DNA of 63,886 bases from Catajapyx aquilonaris (lineage: Eukaryota), in assembly GCA_000934665.2 (NCBI GenBank), contig KZ538534.1, forward strand, positions 1-63,886, written 5' to 3'. The notes below the pieces were generated by a model. It did no database searches. It was given only the letters and a program-made list of their open reading frames with translations, and was not told the origin of the DNA. A program made the position numbers and the translations under genes. Each line of letters opens with the position of its first letter. Positions within the stretch are counted from its first letter, which is position 1. Positions 1-12,602 of this stretch are shown piece by piece.

Positions 1-2146
1 GCCGCAGTGGCGCTTTCCCATGTTAAACTCGCATAGACGGTGGCGACACTGCGGAATTTTTCCATGAGTCGCCGTAATAAGCCGTGGGATACTACTACTA
101 CTGCATATTAATTTAAACGCATTTATTTGAATATATTGATTAATACGCATAATATTCTATTTCATTTTAATTTGAAATTTATTTCGCATTGTAAATTTAA
201 AATATGTTCAATTTAAATTGGCTTTTATATAGTACCTCCATTTAAATGTACTGTATTTCATTGAAATATTTAATCGAAATGTGCAAGTTTTCACAATTAA
301 ATTTTAATACGTTGCACTGAAGCGCCGCTAATAAGCTGAAATTTTTTGAATTGCAATATAGCCGATTAATTTTAACTGTTAAGTATTTAAAAATTATTTT
401 ATCAGCTGCATTTAAATTTTAACTAGCTATTGTTAGCATCCATGGCATATAGCCATATACTGTACCGTATAAGAAAATTCAGGTTTTTTTTCTGATATCC
501 AGTGAAGGGATGTCCTTCGCATTGTTTCCTTTTTCCAAGAATGCGGCGCAAGTTTTTGCCCTAGTAATATTCCATCATGGCCAGTGGCAGCGGCAATAAC
601 GCCTATCTTTTCAGCAGCCCAGATTATTATTGTTGAATAGAAGGGGGGGAGGGTACATAAGCGTTCCATTGTTATTGCTCACACGTTTGGAGTCAGAGGC
701 AATACAAAGGCCACACACGTTCCATAAGGCTGGCAATTTGGACGAGGGTCACGGGGATTGTTAATCTTCCTCTTTATATTCCGCAAGAGTGAATTACGGA
801 AATAAGGTTCGAATGCGGTCGGGGGAGGCCAAGAGAGATACGGCGACGTTGCCAAGTTACACCAGAACATGGATATTGGGACTCAGGGCATAGGAGGCAT
901 GAAATTAAGCTGATTTAACGTTTTCTGGTGCTTGTCAGCAACAAGTGGGAGTAATGTCGAGGGATAATTAGAAGCCAGGTGGAACTGCAGGGAATCCGGA
1001 TTATGACACATGTTTGGTCAATGAAAAATATTGTTAAAATTCACTCAGAATTGCGTCATCTGCATGTTGCTTTTAAAACACCTAAATTGTACATTCGCTT
1101 GCTGAGTCACTGATAAGCGTTGACAACACTGACTCAATCCTTTGTTTGGACGCCATAATCACCTGCACCATCTTGTCTTGTAAAAGTTATATCTTGCTCT
1201 AGGCTCTTGCAGGTGTGTCCACCAGATATATCTTTCCTCCTTCTTTTTATATCGGTGTAGACTTCCCTGGGCTGTCACAATATTATTAATTACCTGCAAT
1301 TACGAGTTTATAGGCAATAAAGTTGATCAGTTCACCTTCAGCTGAAATATACAGCCCCGTCGGTGTCCCTTTCTCGCGGCGGGTGAATAGGACACAGGGC
1401 GTGAAAATGGCCGCAAGGACATACACATGCCGGCACAAAAGGCATTCTCCCCCTATACTTGGAGGACCATCCAGCCCCAGAGGCCATCAAGCTTGTTTTC
1501 TGTGTGCTGGAAAGAGAAGAGAGAGAGAGCCCCCTGGCCTGTGCTAGAGTGCCAATGCTGGAAATGGACTGCAGGGACCAACAAAAGGGAAGAGGCAACG
1601 GAGCGAAATAAAGCTTACTTGTCCCTTGTCGGAAATAGCCGAGGTGAGCCCTGCCATTTTTTTTTTTTTCCTCAGGGTTCCTCCAAAGCTGAGAGAGCAG
1701 GATTGTGTCTACACCGGTTGGATGGGGGGGCCTAAGAAAAGCTGGAGGTTGTGGAAACGGAATTTTTAGCTTAGGGGCACTTGGACACTAATTGTGGGGG
1801 GTAGATGGCGCTGGGTAGACTGGGGTAGATGGCGCCAGGTAATAACGGAGAAAACTTGTGATTGGGGTTTGAAAATGACTGATTAGATAGTAGACAATTG
1901 CCAAATTGTTGAGAGTATGAAGTGGGACAAACAAACTTTCAATTATATGTGTCAGATTTGTAATATTAATTATAGTGAACAATAATAAAATTCTGGAAGG
2001 TGTACACAGTTTTATTTTAAAAGCCAAGAAAATTCGCCACTTTGAAGCAGAACAGTTCACTAAATTTATCATCATCATCACCATCACGACATTTTGCTAT
2101 AAGGGGTAGTCAGCGATGACGGGAGCCGCAAGCTAACCCAAAATTA

Positions 2147-2312
2147 TACACCTTGTAAATTACCTTATAAATTACCATACCTTATAAATTTAATTTCGTG
2201 TAATTAGAAATTTCTTCCACTCTGTTGTACTTTGAACAGTTCAAAGTACAACAGAGTTGAAAAAAATTCTAATTACACGAAATTAAATTTATAAGGTAAT
2301 TTACAAGGTGTA
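2147..2312. mobile_element. Fold-back MITE with TA target duplication
   Basis: TA-CACCTTGTAAATTACC...GGTAATTTACAAGGTG-TA. Almost wholly palindromic around gtactttgaac-a-gttcaaagtac, with a short extra duplication in the left arm. Confidence 0.7.
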
Positions 2313-3254
2313 CTATCCTTTTACTAGCCAAAATTTCCAAAAATTGTAATTGTTTTGCAAATATAGTAGGCACTGCACAATTCGAGACCCCCCTTCCCAA
2401 ACTAAACGCCAGCATTTAAAACGTGACAATGGTGGCTTGTACAGTTGGACATTTACAACAATTAAAAGTTGATCAACACGCATGTAGCGCACAAACAAAA
2501 CAAAAAAAATAAATATTTTCCCCTCGCCGCTTTTCGAATTCAGTGTTTCCAACTCGGTTTGGGACAGTAGGAAGTGTGAAATTATTGAATTCCTGTTAGG
2601 ATCAGCAGATGTTCCTGCCATCGGCTAAAAACATGCCATTTACATTCCCGCAAACACTGCTTTGCTGCCTCCGGTTCGATGCTAGAGGAAATCGATCTGA
2701 ATCGATGATGGACACTTTAAATTCCGGACGACTCCCGTTAAAGTTTAAGATTAGCTTCCAAGAAGGTGGGAGGGAGAGGGGAAATATCGACTTCCCAAGT
2801 CTTCAGAAGTAGAGTTCACGCCAAAAGACCACGATTCTGCTGCAGGAAGATGCGGAGGAAAGTGTTTCCTGATGGTAATCCAACGCAAACGACGATACCC
2901 GGTACAAATTGCCGGGAGCAATTATTTTAAATATAATGGACTCAGCACCAGAACCAGTTGCATGAACTGAATGAATTTTTGTGTAATTTTAAAACATTTT
3001 AAGGAACAAATTAACTAACACCAACTAAATATTTAACATTAAGGCTTATCTATATTTGTAGGTTCATGAGTCTACAATTATGTTATGCTGTAAATAATTT
3101 TAATAAGTATTAATTTTGTTGTCAATTTATATAATATTAAATTACTTAATGATGATTAATATTTTTATATTTTATTTTGTATGATTTGTATATTATTATA
3201 TTTTAGTCATAATTTATAAAACACAATAATACAAATGATAAAATATAATAACTT

Positions 3255-3430
3255 AATACAAATTATAACACTAGAATAATACAAATTATAACACTATAAT
3301 AATACAAATTATAACAATATAATAATACAAATTATAACACTAGAATAATACAAATTATAACACTATAATAATACAAATTATAACAATATAATAATACAAA
3401 TTATAACAATATAATAATACAAATTATAAC
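3255..3430. repeat. AT-rich minisatellite, 23-bp unit
   Basis: About 7 copies of taatacaaattataacactagaa and variants. Confidence 0.9.
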
Positions 3431-4505
3431 ATAAATATGTAAATGTTTATGTAACTAATACAAAATATAATATACCAATTTTGTATTATACTTTTGTTAT
3501 AATTTGCATTATATTTACATTTTTGTATTACGCATTTACATTTTGTATATATTTGATAATGTTTATATGATATTATTTATATTGCTATTAATTCAAATTA
3601 ATCGTATGCAATACAGGGACAAAAATTATTTTTTTCCATTATTCCCATTACATTGCCTAATTGCTAATTGCACCGAAATTAATCACCCTAAAACTACAAT
3701 AATTTGAATAAAAGCCAAGCATTTAGACGTAATCTCTACTCTGTTGTGGTCGTTCAAATGGACCAGTTTGGCCCCCCTATGAAAAAAACACTAGAGAGAG
3801 AGGGGGGGGNGGGGGGCTTGCCAAAAGTGGCCGTGCTTTCAGTCCGGGCAAAGAATCCGGCCACAATTGTTTGCCTGCGGTTCGACCGCGGTTGCAAATC
3901 CGCAAACCAACATGGATGCCGGACATAGCTTTGCAGCGCATCAGACCAAGTGCCCTTAAAATGGGCTGGAAAAAGTGGTGTATATTAAAAACAAGAATTC
4001 ATTTTTGTTGGTTGGGAACGGGGGAGGGGAACACACTCACATATGAAAAGGGGGAGGTGGGGGGGGGGGGGGGGNGGGGGGGGGGGGGGGGGAGTTGCAA
4101 TACTCGGCGTAATGTTCTTCTGGGTCTGAATGATGCGTTTTCAGGCCCCAGTTGTAAATTGCCTTATCAAGTGATGGCTTGAATGCGCGGAAATTAAGCC
4201 CCCAAACTAACACTCCCCTCCCCATGTGTGTGCATATGAGCATGCGAGGGTGGATATGGGACGGAAAATTGACTGCCCTGTTAGCCACCGTTCACTTACA
4301 TCCAGTTGGTCTGATTGCTATTACCAGTTGTTACAGTGTTGGTCGAAAAATCCAGAATAATAACAACCACGTACAAGTATGTTAAAGAAGAATCTTACCA
4401 GGCCATATCAGGAAATTAGCTTCCCTTAGGCACCACCTCTGGTGCGGTCTGGTAAGATAGGCTACTCCTAACCCTCTCGGTACGTCGCGGCGACGCCGGG
4501 TCGAC

Positions 4506-4668
4506 ATGTGCCGATTATTGTTTTTTTTGAGAGAGTGATTTTTTTGAGAAGGGGGGGTATTGTCATGTGCCAGTGAGCCTCTTCCTCATCAGAGGCTCAC
4601 TGGCACATGACAATACCCCCCCTTCTCAAAAAAATCACTCTCTCAAAAAAAAACAATAATCGGCACAT
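4506..4668. repeat. Near-perfect long inverted repeat (77/78-bp arms, 8-nt loop)
   Basis: 4506-4582 is the reverse complement of 4591-4668 except for one homopolymer-length difference (T8 vs A9). Loop tcctcatc. Confidence 0.95.
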
Positions 4669-7600
4669 ATATGACCTTTTTCAACAATAGACCTATCTCT
4701 TAGATTGCACAACTGGCAACCCTGGTCTGTTTTAGCCTCCCTGGCGAGTGACAGTCAAGCCGGGTTTTGTGGGTAGGGGGGAGGACGGGGAATGGCAGGG
4801 GAGAGGCGGGGATGGGGAGGCTCGCTCCGCCGCTCCGAAACGGTCCCGTACATCATCTTTATGAGTGTAAAGAGCAGAATGGATGGGCGCATCTTGTAGA
4901 TAGGCCTAACGGATGTCGTACATTGAGAAAATAAGCTTATTTTATCTGGGCCATAAAGTTTAATTTATCGTTGACGCGGCGATGGGATCAACTCTCCGCG
5001 AGCGCGTTCGGGAATTTGTTTCAACTCATTTGTATGAGGCTGCATACGAATAGAGGCGTTATTATCCGCCGGCCCTCTAATATGAGGAGGAGGGTAGGGG
5101 GCTTGGGAGGAGGAGAGGGGGGTCTGATATATTGGGCGCATTTTCCAAAATTGGCACTCGGGCGGATCGGTGACGGCGGGCGATGCAAGCCTGCGCTCAT
5201 AAACAAATTTTCCCTTCCATAAAAGAGTGAGCGTGAGAGTGCATTTCCAGCCCGAATTGCTTTTGCGGGTTTTCAGCCACTATATAGACGGTGGAAGGGG
5301 GGGAGGGCTGAAGAATGCAGTTTTTTGAGGGGATGAATATCATGGTTTGTAACACTTTTGGAGCGATATTGGAAGCGCGGGTGTTGAGGTGTTTGTAACA
5401 CGGTTAATCATAAAATGGCAACGCTGCGCGGTTGTATCTGAATAAACAAAATATTTCAGCAGTATTATGATGACACTGGCCTTCTTGTTACACTATATCA
5501 TGGGTTGTATATAAGGGGGGAGGTATTGGTAACGCCCATAACCTCCAGCCTTAGATGATAGGCTGTAATGAGGAGGAGCATTAATTTAGTGCCGTTTCAC
5601 GCTGCCGTGACCAGCCTTGTGATAAATCCCGTAATTTATTCATTCCTGGGCATGGCTCCTAGAATGTTATCTAATTTTTTTTTGTAGGGATGTTGATGGG
5701 GTAGTAGTGTGTGGGATGTTGACATGTGAACATTCAATTTATGGGATTAAAATATTGGTTATTTATAAAACGGGGTTTGGACCAGTGTCCTCCAGTGAGT
5801 TCTGTGAATCCAGCATGTAGCGCATTGTTTATAAACTTAGCGTGTCTAAGGTCATGAGTAGCATGATGTGTGGAGGTATTTGAAGGTAAACATCTCCGGC
5901 ACTCAAAATTAATGGGCTTTCCTGAAGCTACTTCATGAGACGCCTAGGGTGTTCCACAACCGATTTAGCTATACGATAAATCTATGCAAATATTTTTTTG
6001 GGGCAAAAACTGTCTGGCCATTGGAATTCAATTGGCACACTCGTAGTTTGCTAGTGCGTGCAAAGTGCCATCGTTCACTTTGTCACTAGTTTTGGGGTCG
6101 GGTCATAATGAGGTTATACAGCGTGCGGTGCGTTGCAAAGTAGGATGCTGGCAACCGATGCATTATCTGACAGGGCACACTATCAGGGTAAAAATTTTCA
6201 CCCCAACAATGAGCTGGTTCCGCCAATCTTTGTTTCGAACCCCCTCCTATACCCTCCAATTCAGGGGGGGTTATCATTTTGTGGTTCACTTCTCTCCCAC
6301 CCTCCCTCCCACCCCCCACTTCAATTGTATGATAATAAACCGACGATGAATTCATGAATGTTTCAGCGGCAATAAGTATGCATAATTGATTGAGCATAAT
6401 GGGCTCATTTATCTTTTGAGGCCTCCATCAATTACCCCCATTTTATAGGGATCTATTTGATGCATGTGTCGGGGGGCCATTATTTTTGTCACGTCCCGTG
6501 GCCTTGAATACATCAAGTCTGATTTAGTGCAGGGTTGCGACAGCCATATTGGAAGGGGGCTTCAGGCCGTGAAACTGCATGTCAATCACTCCCCTGCAAA
6601 AAAACAAAAAATCGCAAAAAAATATTTTGCCCAGAATTTAGCAAAAATTGACCAGAATTAATATGACAAATTCTCGAAATTACGTAAAGATGGTCGATTT
6701 TTTTGACCAATGTGGCTGGAAATTATATTCCAAATATTGCTGAAAATTTTTAGGGCAATAATGGCCCACAATTTTTAGCAAAAGTGGGCAAATATTATTT
6801 TGTAAATGGCTGCGATATATTATTTGGTGGAAAGTTAGGTACAAATGTGTGCACAAAATTTATCAAAAATGGATCAGGATTAATACGGAAAACGGCCGAA
6901 TTGATTTTTAAAATATATGGCTAGGAAAATTATTTTCCAAAAATTGCTGAAAAATTATTAATGCATTTTTTTTTTTTTGCAAAAGTGGCCAATAATTTGA
7001 AATATTATTTGGTGAAAATTTGTTAGGTAAAAAAAAACACTTTCAAGGCGGGGTCAGGTCAGTTCTGATAAGATTGACTTATGTGGAGCAATTAAGGCTG
7101 ACTCACACTTTTGGCGGAGGTTCCGCCCTTCCTTTTTCACAAAAACCCCCCTACACCCTACACCCTCCCTCAGGATACTAAAAGAGATACGAGCTGCGGC
7201 CATGCCACCAAATAAATTGCCACGGTCGGGAGAGCTTGATTTATTTATCCTGCTAGGCATACGCGGTAATTATTCCTGGAAGTGTTATTGTTTCCTCCAT
7301 GTGAGGTCAGCCCTCATTTTTTTTAAGCCTCTTTATTTTTTTGCGAAGAGACATGTAGAGTGGTGGCAGTACATCCTGTGCTGTAAGGACTGATAATGTG
7401 TGAGTTATTGCTGTTTTTTTTTTCAGATAAGTCGTATTGGGTTGTATATTTTGCAATGTTTCCTTATTTGCACGAATAAGTTTTCCCCATTTTTAGAGGA
7501 AATAACGATTATTGGTACTATCACACACATACATATAAAATTGCAATTATTATATGTTTACACATGATTTATTGCCTATAATGTTGCAATATATTTCCAC

Positions 7601-8450
7601 ACATGACCAACTTTTACAGTAGTTGGCGCCTATTCAAGCTAGTTTTTTTTTCTCTTAGTATCTTGATCAACATTGAAGTGTCACAAAAGTGACAGCACAA
7701 ATTGGCAACATGAACATATTTCTCACCGCTAGTTTCTAGTCAGCCGCATTTCGTGGGAACATTTTCTTTCCAGACAACAAAACACAATTTATTACCTGCT
7801 CCTTCCATTTCTTGACAACCCCTCGAATATCCCTTGGATCTTTATTTCCAACCCCCATCAATCGTGACCTAGTACTTTTCTTCAATGTTTTTTTTCCCCC
7901 TTTCTTATTTCTTCCCTCCCCGTAATTTTTTCTTCTTTCGGTGCCCTCCCTAATCCCCACCCGAATGTGCCCAATTGCCCTCCCAGACGAAAATTGCTAG
8001 CTACGCCTCTATGATTACCTGGCTAGTTACCACAGGCTACTTCACTTTATTACCCTGCCCCGAGCAGACCCGCATATAATTACGGATGTTTTATAGTAAG
8101 TTAATGGCACTGCCGCCACCTAAGCATTATTTATTTGGTATCTTTGACCTCGGGGAGGGAGGCTAACAAGTGTGTTACCCTCCAAGGGGTGGGGGTAGGA
8201 TGGAGGGGAGGTCAAAAACGGAACAGGCCAATTTCCATTGTACTATTTTGCAATTTTTGACGATAGTTTGTGGCTGAGGTTGAACGATGGCGGTAGGAGA
8301 AAGCGAATGCTGCTGCTGTTTATGATACAAATTATTTAATGTTAAATGAAAATGTATTATTAGTCATTATTTACTATTCATTATTTTTACAATTAATCAT
8401 TATTAAAATTGATTTTGCTAACTTAAAATAAATTATTAGAATAAATAAAT

Positions 8451-8541
8451 ATTTATTTATTTATTTATTTATTTATGTAACCCCGTTATGGGGCAGCGCC
8501 CCTTTAGGGGGACGAATAAATAAATAAATAAATAAATAAAT
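8451..8541. repeat. Inverted (ATTT)n/(AAAT)n microsatellite enclosing a GC-rich core
   Basis: (attt)n-gtaaccccgttatggggcagcgcccctttagggggacg-(aata)n. Confidence 0.8.
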
Positions 8542-8545
8542 AACT

Positions 8546-8765
8546 GAAATAAATTATTAAAATAAATAAATTAATTAATTAATGACAAATAAATTATTAA
8601 AATAAACAAATTAATCAATTAATTAATGACTAAAATAAATTATTAAAATAAATTAATTAATTAATTAATGACTAAAATAAATTATTACAATAAATTATTA
8701 AAATAAACAAATTAATTAATTAATGACTAAAATAAATTATTAAAATAAATAAATAAATAACCAAA
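8546..8765. repeat. AT-rich degenerate tandem repeat
   Basis: Recurring aaataaattattaaaataaa...ttaattaatgact units. Confidence 0.8.
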
Positions 8766-10689
8766 ATAAAATATTTAAAAAATAATAGAATTAATACTTT
8801 ATTTAATATTTAATTAACTCAAGTATGTCTAACATCCTATAGCCTAATTATGCAGGGCACTTTTACAGATTTTTAGTTTTTTGTTCGTAATTTTTTTAAT
8901 TTAACAAAAAAATAATTCAAAAATATCTGCGTTAATTAAATATTAAATAAATGTTAGTGCAATAAGTGAATAAACAGTATAACAAGTAAAATTTAAGCAA
9001 CAGCATGCAGGTGAACATGGAAATTTGACCAATATTCCAGCCTGATGCAGGAAGCCAGTCATATGTGATCTATCATTATTATCAGTCAAAAAAGTTAGAG
9101 GAGAGTAGTTGTAATAGTTTGGATACAGGGCTTGGCAGTATGTACTTTAAGCCAGAAATTTTCTCCGTCATGAAGGCGATGGGCGGAAAACGACTATTGG
9201 GACCCATATAATTTCAGGAGGGACCTGTCAGCACCTCATGTTGTACGTCACTTTTGAAGACCATAATTATCCGGTCTTTATGACTGACTTTTCCGGGTGT
9301 CCTGACATGACTGACTCGCGTCATGGAACGAAAATGCATGCTAGTCCATTGTTGCAAACCTTGGAGGATCAGGGCCTTACTTCTTGTGCAAATTGTCGCA
9401 AATTGTCGCTGACACCACATAGAGTGTTTTCCTGTCACTTTGGGTAACAGCTTCCGTCTTGTAGTTCTAACAAATTGATAGTCCTTAGTTTCTATCCTAG
9501 AGAGCAATTTTTGGGGGAGTTAGCTGGTGCATAGGAAAGTTGCCAAAAATTCTCAATTAGCTGGGTGGGGGGTAAGTATGTGAGGTTTTCTTGGCACGGT
9601 GTAGGGGAGCAATTATCCCATCAGGTTTAATTAGGGTCAGCTCACGAAAAGGTGTAGCCTGCAGATGATACTTTTTGCTCCCAGGAAAATTTCCAGAGCA
9701 GTATATCACCACTGGAAATACACGCCAACTTTACTTACACGCCCTTCTAATGTACAGTTGCGAACATGAAGATGTGGACGAAGCCCACAACATGTATGAA
9801 GATTGAATGTGTGGTTTTCCTTGAAAGGACATTGTTGTGACTATGTGCATCATGGAGTCATCATAAAAGAGCGGAAATCTCGCAAGATTCGTGATAGTGC
9901 TATGTAGACAAAAAAAAAGAAGGTGTCAGGGCAGATTTATAGCGGGAGGTACCTTGAGAGTGCAGTAATTAGCCCCGGGTGTTGTAAAAGTTGCGTAAGT
10001 CTCAGACTAGAACGGGTTCCATAGTGGGTCGTTAACGTTTTATATATGTAATATACTGCCCGCTTTATAGAGGAAATATACACAATAAAACTTTGTCAGG
10101 CACTCCAGATATGTTTATACCCATTACATTTTATTATAAGCCGTAAAAAGAGCCTTCATTACTAGATGAAAATGCACGCCATATTGGTGTGGGCTGGTGA
10201 GTAAGGCGCAACGTGACAGCTGGCAGGACATCTTGTGCCAAGTGTCAGCTCCTTTTGCAGATTTGCACAAGGCGGAACGGTCCGACGCCCCTTGCCAAAC
10301 CAGCGGTTGCCAGACAGTACCTGGGACAGCCCAGGTTCGACTGGCAACAATGTACTTTTCTATCCCTCCCCAACTCACCCTCGCGGTCCTGACAAGACTG
10401 CATCCCCGAGGGCAAGCCCGCGCACCCCCTGGTGCCATTCATCACGGCAGACAACTTGTTTGTGATAAAAGCCTGGCGCACCACGGGCACGTCATTAGTC
10501 GGCCCCTTTGGCCCTCCCGGCTCGGGTTGCCCGCTTGTCAGCCCCCCGGCGCGCCAAGAGATGGCTTGCCAAGAGGGGGGCAGGAGGGTGGAGACCGGTC
10601 TTGGTCGGAGGGGGGAGTGGGTGTGTGGCAACAATGCTCGAAGCAGGGTTGACACTACAGCCTTTGTTGGACTTGTCCTGTATGCGATT

Positions 10690-11125
10690 CATTCGATATT
10701 TATTTGACAATCGTCCATACTGCAAAATTTATTTGATATTGATCTATTTTCGTATTTCCATACTATCGATTTTCAAAATTCGTTCGATACTATCATATTT
10801 TAAAATTGTTCGATACGATCGATGTTTAAAATTATACGATACGATCGATATTTAAAATTTAAACGATGCTACTAGCATATAATAATTCGATACGATCGAT
10901 ATTTAAAATTTAAACGATGCTACTAGCATATAATAATTCGATACGATCGAAATTAAACATTTATTCGAGACTATAAATAACAATATAATATTTAAAAAAT
11001 TATTCGATACGATCGATTTTCAAAATTTATTTGATACTATCGTATTAAAAAATTATTCAATACGACCGATATTCAAAATCTATTCGATACTATCAGTATT
11101 CAAAATCTATTCGATACTATCGATA
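10690..11125. repeat. CGATA/ATCGAT-rich degenerate tandem tract
   Basis: Many ttcgatac(t/g)atcgat units, including an exact ~51-bp duplication at ~10836-10950. Confidence 0.85.
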
Positions 11126-12283
11126 ATACAGTGTATTTCTGGATTTTTGTCGACTTTTAATGCATGTTGTGTCCACATTGATGCGACCGAGTTGATATAG
11201 ACGTTTGTGTAGAACAATGGACACGGTACAGGTCTTTGATGCCTGATAAGCCTGTACTTTTTTGAGTTATGAAGCAGCTGCTAGTTGCAATGATAAAGTA
11301 GGGCGCGATTCGCAAGATAACCTCCAGTATCATTAAAAGTGCATCATTAAGAACAAGGCGATTCAAGTCATTCCAACTATTTTTTTTTGCAGGATGTTTT
11401 TTTCTAAAGGCAGATGTGGTGGTTTTATTGGCCAACATTTTTTCGACGGTTTCACAACTTACGGGGAATAATGAAGCCATGCGATATTTTTACAACATGG
11501 CGCTTCTCTTTAACCAATTTCATGCTGAGTAAGTTTTGGGCAAATTGAGGGCATTGTCCTGCAATACGATGGTATCATTGGTTCATTTTAATTACGCAGC
11601 TACTGTTACACCTTGTCGGCAAAAAAATTAAAAAATAAGGCATACTTTCCCCCCCCCCCCCCCCCCCCCCAAACAAAANAAAAGCATAAATAATAGCAGC
11701 GGGTGTAAGTGTCATGTTCCTACCGCGGCTAGGCTCCTAAAATAACCCTTTCAAAATTTTAAGAGCGGGCTATAAAAGCCGGCGCTCTTGACCCCTTTGC
11801 TTGAACCCCGAGCGGCAAGATAGGCCTAATTTGACCTCCCCCTGTAATCAACTGGTAGGCAGGAAGAGAGCAGTAAACCTTCCAAACCCCAATGACACCC
11901 CCTGTACTATACACTCCTTGGGGTTGTTCCCAAAAGGTTTTTTGATAGTGCCGGCCCCCGGATTGGAGATGTGTCCTTTGGGGCAACACAGGCGTGTTTT
12001 CACGGCTATTTTCAGTGCCCGGGGTTGCGGGTTGGGGAATTTTCACGGGCCCATAGGAAAAAGGGGCCTTTATGGTAGGGGAACCACACTATATGGGGCC
12101 ATTCTGGAACCGTTTCATGTACGGCTAGAAGAGGAGTACATGTATGATGGGTAGTGCGGATTTAGGGGAGGAAAATTTGGTGTTAAAAGTAGGTAGCGAG
12201 AACGTTCAACGACCAAGGACTCACGCTGAATGTAGCGTGAGCGAGAATCGGTCGTATAGCGAATTCGCTCCCAAATTTTGCTA

Positions 12284-12602
12284 CAGTGCTGGACAAATTA
12301 ACCGTCGCCGAATGTTTTTTTTCGGCGGCGGCGGCGGCGGCGTTACCTGGCAACCCTGTCCGGCGGGCCAATTCAAACATCAGCCCATGGAGAGCGCTTC
12401 CATTGTTGCCACTGTTTACAAATCGAGTGAGTGAGTGCGCAGGCAGAAGAGACCCGCTTCTGGGTCGTCCGCGTCACTCACTCGATTTGTAAACAGCGGC
12501 AACAATGGAAGCGCTCTCCATGGGCTGATGCTTGGACAGGGTTGCCAGGTAACGTCGCCGCCGAAAAAAACCATTCAGCGACGGCTAATTTGTCCAGCAC
12601 TG
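12284..12602. mobile_element. Tc1/mariner-type MITE, largely palindromic
   Basis: TA-CAGTGCTGGACAAATTA...TAATTTGTCCAGCACTG-TA. The arms pair over roughly 130 bp (e.g. catcagcccatggagagcgcttccattgttgcc with its complement). Confidence 0.88.

Noticed and set aside
2..54. 12-bp imperfect inverted repeat at window start
   Set aside because: Short and possibly truncated by the window edge; cannot be classified.
11761..11790. TATA box (CTATAAAAG) in a small hairpin
   Set aside because: No downstream gene or clear Inr; an isolated motif is expected by chance.
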